From positions 1 to 13,291 of the forward strand of contig JAPSGB010000068.1 in the NCBI GenBank assembly GCA_035063585.1: a stretch of DNA of 13,291 nt, written 5' to 3'. The DNA is from Polyangiaceae bacterium (GTDB lineage: Bacteria > Myxococcota_A > Polyangia > Polyangiales > Polyangiaceae). Position 1 is the first letter of the stretch. Each line of letters begins with the position of its first letter. The translations under genes were made by a program, and so were the position numbers. A model generated the notes under the pieces. The model saw nothing but the letters and a program-made list of their open reading frames with translations, was not told the DNA's origin and made no database searches. Positions 1 to 7,397 of the stretch are shown here, piece by piece.

Positions 1-301
1 TCCCCGAGTCGCGCCGCGTCCCGCGTCCTCCGAGCTCCGTCGCTCGCCCAGATCGCGTCACGAATCGCCCCTGTCTCCCTCACAACCCCGTTTCGCGACG
101 CGTCCCGCGTCCTCCGAGCTCCGTCGCACGCCCAGAACGCGTCACGAATCGCCTCTGTCTCCCTCACAACCCCGTTTCGCGACGCGTCCCGCGCCCTCCG
201 AGCTCCGTCGCACGCCCCGAACGCGTCACGAATCGACCTTGTCTCCCTCACAACCCCGGTTCGCGACGCGTCCCGCGCCCGCGTGTCCCCCAACGCGTCA
301 C
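1..301. repeat. Tandem array A of an 84-bp hairpin-containing unit (partial copy, three cores, then start of a fourth); continues beyond the window start
   Basis: CGCGTCACGAATCG starts at 54, 138 and 222 (period 84); truncated CGCGTCAC at 294-301. Core ACGCGTCACGAATCG-N21-CGTTTCGCGACGCGT is a 13/15 inverted repeat. Confidence 0.95.
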
Positions 302-332
302 ACCGCAACCGCTCGAGCGTTCCGGTCATCTG

Positions 333-836
333 GCCGGCCCGTCGCGGCCGGCGGCGCGGCCCGCCGTCCTTCCGCGTCGCGGCCGGCGGCGCGTCCCGCC
401 GCCCCTCCGCGTCACGTCCAGCGGCGCGTCCAGCGTCGCGGCCCGCCGTCCCTCCGCGTCGCGTCCAGCGGCGCGAACAGCGTCGCGTCCAGCGGCGCGA
501 ACAGCGTCGCGTCCAGCGTCGCGTCCAGCGGCGCGAACAGCGTCGCGACCGGCGTCGCGGCCCGCCGTCCCTCCGCGTCGCGGCCGGCGGCGCGGCCCGC
601 CGTCCTTCCGCGTCACGTCCAGCGTCGCGGCCCGCCGTCCCTCCGCGTCGCGTCCAACATCGCGGCCGCCGTCCCTCCGCGTCGCGACCGGCGTCGCGGC
701 CCGCCGTCCCTCCGCGTCACGTCCAGCGGCGCGGCCCGCCGTCCCTCCGCGTCGCGTCCAGCGTCGCGACCAGCGTCGCGTCCAGCGGCGCGGCCCGACG
801 TCCTCCGCGTCGCGCCGCCGGCCGCGACGCGCTGGC
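333..836. repeat. GC-rich modular tandem array (12-bp and 23-bp modules) bounded by 26-bp terminal inverted repeats; MITE/REP-like
   Basis: Modules GCG[T/G]CGCG[TCCA/AACA/ACCG/GCCG] and GCG[T/G]CGCGGCCCGCCGTCC[C/T]TCC recur throughout. 333-358 GCCGGCCCGTCGCGGCCGGCGGCGCG matches the reverse complement of 811-836 at 24/26. Confidence 0.85.
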
Positions 837-928
837 ATGCTCTCCTCCTGCTCGCGGCGGTTCCGCGCTCGCGCGCGTCCATGTAGAATGCGCGCGGACG
901 CCCGCTGCATGACATCAGAAGTCGACAC

Positions 929-3238
929 ATGAAGATCGCACATATTTTCGGGTACTGTCTGTTCGGCCTCGCGCTCGCGGCCTGTTCGGGCTCGAGCGAA
1001 GATGACGCGCGCGGAGGCGGCTCGGGCGGCTCCGCGGGCTCGGGCGGCGCGGTGGGCACCGGCGGTTCGGCCGGCGCGACGCCGAGGCAACCCGGCGAGC
1101 CGATCGTCACGCACACCGTCGAGAACCTCGGCGCGACGCCGCTCGCGGGCGCGCCGATCACCTTCGGGCAGGTCTTTCGCAAGGGCGAGGTGCCCGCGGG
1201 CGCGGCGCTCACCGCCACGCTCGACGGCGCGCCCGTCGAGGTCCAGCAAGACGTGAAGGCGACCCACGCCGACGGCAGCCTGAAGCACGTCATCCTCACC
1301 TTCGAGGTGCCGTCGCTCGCGGCGAACGCGGAAGCGAAGCTCGTGCTCGCGACGGGCGATCCGCTGGCGGGGGAAGCGCTCACGCCCGCCGCGCTCCTCG
1401 CGACCGCGTGGGACACCGTCGCCACGTTCGAGCTCGGCGGCAAGAAATACGAGGCGCACGCGCGCGCGCTGCTCGAGGCGTCGAGCGCGGCGTGCAAGCC
1501 GTGGGACACGACCTGCGACGAGTGGCTCTCGGGTCCGCTCGCCAGCGAGTGGGTGGTGCGGGGGCAGGCGGAGGCGAGCGACGGCGCGGTCGCGCCGAAC
1601 CTCACGGTGAGCTTCGCGATCCGCGCGTACGCTGGCGACGCGCCCGGCACCGTCGGCGCGGTCGAGACGGACGTCATCGTCGAGAACGTCGACGCCTACG
1701 CGCCGCAGGGGCAACCCGTGTACACGGCGACGCTCACGAGCGGCACCGCGTCCTACACGAGCCCGGCGCTCACCCAATACATGGGCACCCGCTGGCACCG
1801 CGTGCTCTCGTGGAACGACGCGGCCCCGAACGTCTACCTGCGGCAGGACACCGGATACCTCCAAGAGAGTCGCGCGATCTCTCGTTATCAGGCGCTCACA
1901 CCCGACGACGCGCTGCTCGAGAAGGTCCGGCAGTCGTGCGACCCGCTCGAGCACTGCGACCAGACCCAGACGATGGGCAACACCGGCGCGCAGCCCGCGA
2001 TCGGCCCGCTCCCGCGGTGGACCAGCGTCTACGTGGTCCATCCGGACGTGCGCGCGTATCGCTGGATGCTCGCGAACGCCGACGCGCTCGGCGCGTACAG
2101 CGTGCACTATCGCGACGCCGCGACGGGCTGGCCCCTGAGCATCGAGCGGCACCCCTACGTGACGGTCGTAAACTGGCGCTACGCGCAGGACGCGGCCAAG
2201 GGGACCAGCGAGACGTCCCAGAAATGGGCGAAGGATCTGCTCCCGAACTGCACGGACAACGCGGTCGTCAGCGGCTGCGACGGGAGCATCTGGTACAACA
2301 CCGGCAACCCGAACGAGTGGGACGCCGCGCACCAACCGACCTGGAGCTACGTCCCCTACTTGGTGACCGGCTCGTACTACTACATGAGCGAGCTCGCGTT
2401 CGGCGCCTCGTACAACCTCCTCTACCCGAACCCGCCGTACCGCGACTACCAGCGCGGCCTGGTCGGCGGCGCGTACGGTCAGGTGCGCGGCCAGGCCTGG
2501 GTGCTCCGCAACCTCGCGAACGCGGCCTGGCTCCTGCCGGACACTCATCCGCTGAAGGCCGAGCACGGCGCGAGCGTCGCGAACTCGCTCGAGGATTATA
2601 ACCAGCGCTTCTCGCACGCCGCGGGCGCGAGTCCCCTCGGGCTCCTCATGACGAACGGCGAGCTCGCCTACTCCGCCGATGGCATCGACCACGCGGGCAT
2701 CGCGACCTGGCAGCACGCGTTCCTCTCGTGGTCCGCCGGGCACGCCGCGGAGCTCGACTTCGCGGGCGCCGCGGATTTCCGCGACTGGCTGACGCGCTTC
2801 GAGACGGGCACGCTCACCGACTGGAAGTCGGACCCGAAGAGCGGCTTTTGCTGGCTGCTCGCCGCGTCGTACACCCTCATCGTGGTCGCCCCGGACGAGG
2901 CGCACCTCACGACGTTCAAGGAGGTCTACGCGCGCAACTTCCCGACGCTGGTCGGGCTCGAGTGCAACGAGCCTGCGATGCTCACCGAGCTCGGCAAGCT
3001 CCAAGACACCGAGTGGCACGCGGGCAAGATGACGGGCTACCCCTACGCCGCGACCGGCTTCCCCGCGAACCTCCAGATCGGAGCGGCGACGGCCGCCGAC
3101 AGCTCGAACCCGAAGGGCGCCGACGCCTGGCGCACCTTCGACTCCCGCGCCGATCGCCCGGACGGCAACTTCTCGGGTGACTCCGACACCTACTATCGCA
3201 ACTATCCGAACTTCGCGGTGGTGCCGCGGAGCCTCTGA
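929..3238 (+). CDS. Large secreted lipoprotein (769 aa); N-terminal PcRGLX/YetA-like beta domain and probable alpha/alpha-toroid C-terminal domain; putative polysaccharide-acting enzyme
   Basis: ATG 929 to TGA 3236-3238, strong GC3 bias. Signal peptide with lipobox LAAC, then Gly/Ser linker (GGGSGGSAGSGG). Motifs ITFGQVF..G, Q.DVKATHADGSLKH, GNTG..P.IGPLPRW, D.AHQP...Y.PYL.TG, Q.RGQAW.LR. The CDS is secure; the function is tentative. Confidence 0.85.
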   Translation: MKIAHIFGYCLFGLALAACSGSSEDDARGGGSGGSAGSGGAVGTGGSAGATPRQPGEPIVTHTVENLGATPLAGAPITFGQVFRKGEVPAGAALTATLDGAPVEVQQDVKATHADGSLKHVILTFEVPSLAANAEAKLVLATGDPLAGEALTPAALLATAWDTVATFELGGKKYEAHARALLEASSAACKPWDTTCDEWLSGPLASEWVVRGQAEASDGAVAPNLTVSFAIRAYAGDAPGTVGAVETDVIVENVDAYAPQGQPVYTATLTSGTASYTSPALTQYMGTRWHRVLSWNDAAPNVYLRQDTGYLQESRAISRYQALTPDDALLEKVRQSCDPLEHCDQTQTMGNTGAQPAIGPLPRWTSVYVVHPDVRAYRWMLANADALGAYSVHYRDAATGWPLSIERHPYVTVVNWRYAQDAAKGTSETSQKWAKDLLPNCTDNAVVSGCDGSIWYNTGNPNEWDAAHQPTWSYVPYLVTGSYYYMSELAFGASYNLLYPNPPYRDYQRGLVGGAYGQVRGQAWVLRNLANAAWLLPDTHPLKAEHGASVANSLEDYNQRFSHAAGASPLGLLMTNGELAYSADGIDHAGIATWQHAFLSWSAGHAAELDFAGAADFRDWLTRFETGTLTDWKSDPKSGFCWLLAASYTLIVVAPDEAHLTTFKEVYARNFPTLVGLECNEPAMLTELGKLQDTEWHAGKMTGYPYAATGFPANLQIGAATAADSSNPKGADAWRTFDSRADRPDGNFSGDSDTYYRNYPNFAVVPRSL

Positions 3239-3340
3239 TCGGCGCGCCGAGCGCTCACCCCGCCGCCGCCGGCACCACGTCGCGCCTCAGTCCCCCTCAC
3301 GTCACCTCACCTCACCTCCCCTCTCCGCTCCGGGGTTCCT

Positions 3341-3754
3341 GCCGGCCCGTCGCGGCCGGCGGCGCGTCGCGGCCGGCGCTTTACGTCGCGGCCGCTGCTT
3401 TACGTCGCGGCCGGCGCTTTACGGCGCGGCCGGCGCTTTACGTCGCGGCCGGCACTTTGCGTCGCGGCCGGCACTTTACGTCGCGGCCGGCGCTTTACGT
3501 CGCGGCCGGCGCTTTACGGCGCGGCCGGCGCTTTACGGCGCGGCGGCGCTTTACGTCGCGGCGGCGCTTTACGGCGCGGCCGGCGCTTTACGGCGCGGCC
3601 GGCGCTTTACGGCGCGGCGGCGCTTTACGGCGCAGCGGCGCTTTACGGCGCGGCCGGCGCTTTACGTCGCGGCGGCGCGTCACGTCGCGGCGGCGCGTCA
3701 CGTCGCGGCGGCGCGTCACGTCGCGGCGGCGCGTCACGTCGCGGCGGCGCGTCA
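3341..3754. repeat. Tandem array of 19/18-bp units
   Basis: Starts with the 26-mer identical to 333-358. About 16 units of CG[T/G]CGCGG(C)CGGCGCTTTA (3365-3664), then five CGTCGCGGCGGCGCGTCA units (3665-3754) that run into the 84-bp array B. Confidence 0.95.
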
Positions 3755-4053
3755 CGAATCGGCCTTGTCTCCCTCACAACCCCGTTTCGCGACGCGTCCC
3801 GCGCCCTCCGAGCCCCGTCACCCGCCCGGAACGCGTCACGAATCGCCTCTGTCTCCCCCACAACCCCGTTTCGCGACGCGTCCCGCGCCCTCCGAGCCCC
3901 GTCACCCGCCCCGAACGCGTCACGAATCGCCTCTGTCTCCCCCACAACCCCGTTTCGCGACGCGTCCCGCGTCCCCCGAGCCCCCTCGTGCGCCCCGAAC
4001 GCGTCACGAATCGCCTCTGTCTCCCCCACAACCCCGTTTCGCGACGCGTCCCG
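3748..4053. repeat. Tandem array B of the same 84-bp hairpin-containing unit (four cores), same orientation as array A
   Basis: CGCGTCACGAATCG starts at 3748, 3832, 3916 and 4000 (period 84); core nearly identical to array A. Confidence 0.95.
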
Positions 4054-4126
4054 AGCGCGACGCGCCGTACAGCCCGCCCTTCTCCTGCTCGAGCGCGCGC
4101 CTCACCGCCCTGCCCCGAGGAATCAT

Positions 4127-4282
4127 GCCGCCCCGTCGCGGCCGGCGGCGCGAACCGTGCGCGCCCCGTCGCGGCCGGCGGCGCGAACCGTGCGCGCCCC
4201 GTCGCGGCCGGCGGCGGCGAACCGTGACTCGCGCCCCGTCGCGACCGGCGGCGCGAACCGTGCGCGCCCGTCGCGACCGGCG
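4127..4282. repeat. Tandem array of a 33-bp unit (about 4.5 copies)
   Basis: CCCCGTCGCGGCCGGCGGCGCGAACCGTGCGCG at 4131 and 4164, with variant copies following; 4127-4152 matches the shared 26-mer at 25/26. Confidence 0.9.
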
Positions 4283-4424
4283 ACGGCGGGCCCCTCGGCG
4301 AGGGGCGGAGGCCGTGGTAGCTTACGAGCCTTCCGATGACATGGTCTCTACGGCGCGGCCGGCGGCGCGGGGAGCGCAAGCTCGGCCGTAGTTTCGCAGC
4401 GTCTCGAACTCTGGTGAGCCGGTG

Positions 4425-5315
4425 ATGGCGCTGGCGCGGGTCCTCCGCAGCATTGCCACCCACCCGCTGAACCGGGGTCACGAGCTGCGTGCGGTCGCGC
4501 GGTTCGCGAAGTGGCAGCTTGGAACGCGGCTCGTCCCTGGCGCCATCATCTTCGACTGGGTGAATGGCGCGCGGTTTCGCGTCTCACGCGGAGAGACGGG
4601 GCTCACCGGGAACGTCTACATGGGCCTGCACGAGTTCCCGGACATGGGATTCCTCTTGCACTTCCTGCGTCCGGAAGATCTCTTCGTCGATGTCGGTGCG
4701 AACGCGGGCTCCTACACGCTCCTCGCGGCGGCAGCGATCGGCGCGCGCGCCGTCGCCTTCGAGCCCATCCCGAGCACTTACGGCCGGCTCGTGGACAACC
4801 TTCGGCTGAATCACCTCGAACAGCGGGTGACCGCGCTCAATCAAGGCGTCGGGGACCTGCGCGGGAAATTGAGGTTCACGGCGGATCGCGACACGGTGAA
4901 CCACGCGCTCGCCGCCGGCGAAGAGCACGCGAATACCCTCGAGGTCGAGGTGACTACCCTCGACGAAGCCCTCGCGGAAGAGTCCCCTGCGCTCATGAAG
5001 ATCGACGTGGAGGGCTTCGAGACGCCCGCGCTCGCCGGCGCTCACGCGCTCCTCGCACGCCCGTCCCTTCGCGCCATCATCCTCGAGCTCAATGGCAGCG
5101 GCTCGCGCTACGGCTATGACGACGCCGATATCGTCCGCACCCTCGCCAGCCACGGCTTCGAGACCTTCTCGTACGAGCCCTTCACGCGCAGGCTCCGTTC
5201 ACTCGACGGAAAGAATTGCGACTCCGGAAACACCCTCTTCATTCGCGATGAGAGCTTCGTGAATCAGCGTGTAAAATCAGCCCCTAGAATAACGGTTGGA
5301 GCGCGACAATTTTAG
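4425..5315 (+). CDS. FkbM family SAM-dependent methyltransferase (polysaccharide-locus type)
   Basis: ATG 4425 after GGTGAG (GTG 4422 alternative); TAG 5313-5315. Motifs FVDVGANAGSYT, AFEP, TTLD, LMKIDVEGFE. Confidence 0.93.
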   Translation: MALARVLRSIATHPLNRGHELRAVARFAKWQLGTRLVPGAIIFDWVNGARFRVSRGETGLTGNVYMGLHEFPDMGFLLHFLRPEDLFVDVGANAGSYTLLAAAAIGARAVAFEPIPSTYGRLVDNLRLNHLEQRVTALNQGVGDLRGKLRFTADRDTVNHALAAGEEHANTLEVEVTTLDEALAEESPALMKIDVEGFETPALAGAHALLARPSLRAIILELNGSGSRYGYDDADIVRTLASHGFETFSYEPFTRRLRSLDGKNCDSGNTLFIRDESFVNQRVKSAPRITVGARQF

Positions 5316-5594
5316 GCAAATGAGATTACCTGAGCGAACTATTCAATCGTTATCTTAGAGCTTGGTCCTTTACATTGCGGATGCTCGAGCTTCGCTCCTC
5401 TCACGAGCTCGACCATTTTATCACACCCCAACCCTGTTTCCCGCACCGAATACTGGCATTCGCGATCGATCACGCTACCCATCGTTTCTACAAGAACGCT
5501 CGATCCTCCTCAAAGTTCAAGTAACCGCAACCCATCGCACAACCTCCTGCCGCCTGAATCGCCCGTGCGCGAACGATCCCCTTACCTTTCATCG
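5316..5594. promoter_or_regulatory. AT-richer intergenic region, likely promoter region for the downstream three-gene operon
   Basis: Lines 5281-5340 and 5341-5400 each count 28/60 GC, against about 70% in typical coding lines. No convincing -35/-10 pair identified. Confidence 0.4.
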
Positions 5595-7397
5595 ATGGTG
5601 CCTCGCCTCCGCATTTTCTCGAGCGTCAGCGGCGGCCCGATGGATCGTCTCGCCCGCCGACTACGAGACCTCGGCGCCGCCGCCGAGGTCTCGAGTGAGT
5701 ACGAGCCCCCCGCATGGCGCCGCCTCATGGCGCGCGGCAAGCTCGGCCGGCTCGCGGCGCGTGCGCGGTCGATGCTCGCATATCCCGCGCGAGCTGTGCT
5801 GTTCGCGATTGCCGGTGAAGACGACTTCCTCATCCCGACGACGAACCCCTTCTTTCTGCCCTGGCTCCTCGTCGCGACACGCCCCTTGCACGGGCGCCGG
5901 GTCGTGCCGTTGATCTATGACCTCTATCCTGATGCGCTCGACGCCGCGGGCATGGCGCACGGCGCCGCTACGCCGCTCACCCGCATCGCCGAGGCGATGA
6001 ATCGTGCGCTCTTTCGCGCGACGGACGGCGTCGTGTTCATCGGCGACCGAATGGCGGAACACGCCTCGAAGCGCTATGGCGCACCGCGCCGGGCGATCGT
6101 CCTCGAGACGGGCGCTGACGCCGAAGAGTTCATCCCCTCGAACCTCGGCGACCCGGCCCCCGAGAGCGAGCTCGAGCGCTGGTGCGCAGGGAAGACGGTC
6201 GCGGCTTACGTTGGGAACTTCGGCCTCATGCACGACTGGCGGACGCTCGGCGAAGCCGTACCGCGCGCGCTCGCAGCGGAGCGCGAACACGGCTCACTCG
6301 CCGTCCTCCTCGCGGCGTCCGGTCCTGGCGTGGAGCACCTCCGCGAAGCGTGGAAGGGTCTCCCCGCCGAGCGCGTCCGCTTCGAGCCACCCCTCGAAGA
6401 CCGCGCCTGGGCGCGCCTGCTCCCTCGATGCGCGATCAGCCTGACGACCCTCGCTGACGCAGCCGAAGCGACCTGCGTACCGAGCAAGGCGTTCAGCGCC
6501 ATGGCCGCGGGGAGCGCCATCCTCGCGGTTGCCCCCGCGAGGTCCGATCTCGCGACGCTGGTTCGTCGTCACGGCTGCGGCGCTGTCGTGAGCCCCGGCG
6601 AAGCCGGTGAGCTCGCGGCGACACTGGCTCGCTGGTCGACCAGCCCGAGCGAGCTCGCCGAGCTCCGCGCTCGCTCGGCCGCAGCGCACGCCGAGCACTA
6701 CGACCTGCGCCAACTCGCCCGCCGATGGCTCGATTTTCTTCATGAAATCGACGCCGGCCCTGCGGAAGCCCGGGCCGTTTACGAGGCCACGAAGCGCGTC
6801 GTCGAGCTCACCGGCACCGCGCTCGGCCTGGTCGTCATCTCGCCGGTGCTCCTCGGCGCGTCCGTTGCCGTGCTCGCTTCGATGGGCCGCCCGGTTCTCT
6901 TCCAGCAGGATCGCCCCGGGCTCGGCGGTAAGCCCTTCCGATTGATGAAGTTTCGCACCATGCGCGCGGCTCGCCCCGGCGAGGAAGGCCCGGAGTTCGA
7001 TGCCGCTCGCCTCACGCGCGTCGGGCGCTTCCTTCGCGCCACGAGCATCGACGAGCTCCCCGCTCTCTTCAACGTCCTCCGCGGAGATCTGAGCCTCGTC
7101 GGGCCGCGTCCCCTCCTCATGCGCTACCTGCCCCGGTATTCCCCTCGGCAAGCTCGCCGCCACGAGGTAAGGCCCGGGATCACCGGCTGGGCTCAAGCCA
7201 ACGGCCGAAACAGCATCAGCTGGGAGGAGAAGTTCGAGCTCGACGTCTGGTACGTCGACCATCGTTCGCTGCTCGTCGACGCGAAGATCCTGCTCTCCAC
7301 GCTCCTGAAGGTCGTACGGCGCGACGGGATCAACCAGGAAGGGCACGCCACCATGCCTGAATTCTTGGGGAGCCCGCGCATCGCGGAGAGCGCATGA
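5595..7397 (+). CDS. Fusion of family 4 glycosyltransferase (GT-B, WcaI/WbuB-like) and monotopic phosphoglycosyl transferase (Bac_transf, PglC/EpsL-like)
   Basis: N-part: TTNPFFL, IYDLYPD, YVGNFG..HD, VPSK...AMAAG. C-part from about 6780: KR..E, SP, F.Q.RPG, KFRTM, R.TSIDELP.L.NVL.GD.SLVGPRP, RPGITGWAQ.NGRN, D.WYV. ATG 5595 preferred; GTG 5565 alternative. One uninterrupted frame. Confidence 0.92.
   Translation: MVPRLRIFSSVSGGPMDRLARRLRDLGAAAEVSSEYEPPAWRRLMARGKLGRLAARARSMLAYPARAVLFAIAGEDDFLIPTTNPFFLPWLLVATRPLHGRRVVPLIYDLYPDALDAAGMAHGAATPLTRIAEAMNRALFRATDGVVFIGDRMAEHASKRYGAPRRAIVLETGADAEEFIPSNLGDPAPESELERWCAGKTVAAYVGNFGLMHDWRTLGEAVPRALAAEREHGSLAVLLAASGPGVEHLREAWKGLPAERVRFEPPLEDRAWARLLPRCAISLTTLADAAEATCVPSKAFSAMAAGSAILAVAPARSDLATLVRRHGCGAVVSPGEAGELAATLARWSTSPSELAELRARSAAAHAEHYDLRQLARRWLDFLHEIDAGPAEARAVYEATKRVVELTGTALGLVVISPVLLGASVAVLASMGRPVLFQQDRPGLGGKPFRLMKFRTMRAARPGEEGPEFDAARLTRVGRFLRATSIDELPALFNVLRGDLSLVGPRPLLMRYLPRYSPRQARRHEVRPGITGWAQANGRNSISWEEKFELDVWYVDHRSLLVDAKILLSTLLKVVRRDGINQEGHATMPEFLGSPRIAESA

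Noticed and set aside
239..912. Plus-strand ORFs 239-886 and 283-912
   Set aside because: Open frames produced by stop-free GC repeats; overlapping frames are equally open.
326..3019. 897-aa minus-strand ORF
   Set aside because: Antisense shadow of the high-GC3 lipoprotein gene extended through repeats; Arg/Val-rich with no domain motifs.
1..4053. 84-bp arrays as CRISPR arrays
   Set aside because: The would-be spacers are near-copies of each other, the conserved part (~55 bp) is long for a CRISPR repeat, and no cas genes are visible.
3748..4053. Hairpins as classical integron attC sites
   Set aside because: No RYYYAAC/GTTRRRY boxes at the stem ends, tandem copies have no genes between them, and there is no integrase in the window.
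3177..4481. Repeat-spanning ORFs, including the 28-aa GETEAIRDAF repeat at 3643-4029
   Set aside because: Several frames are open at once, 19-bp units shift the frame, and copy differences include non-synonymous changes (GGG/AGG). The DNA hairpin explains the conservation better.
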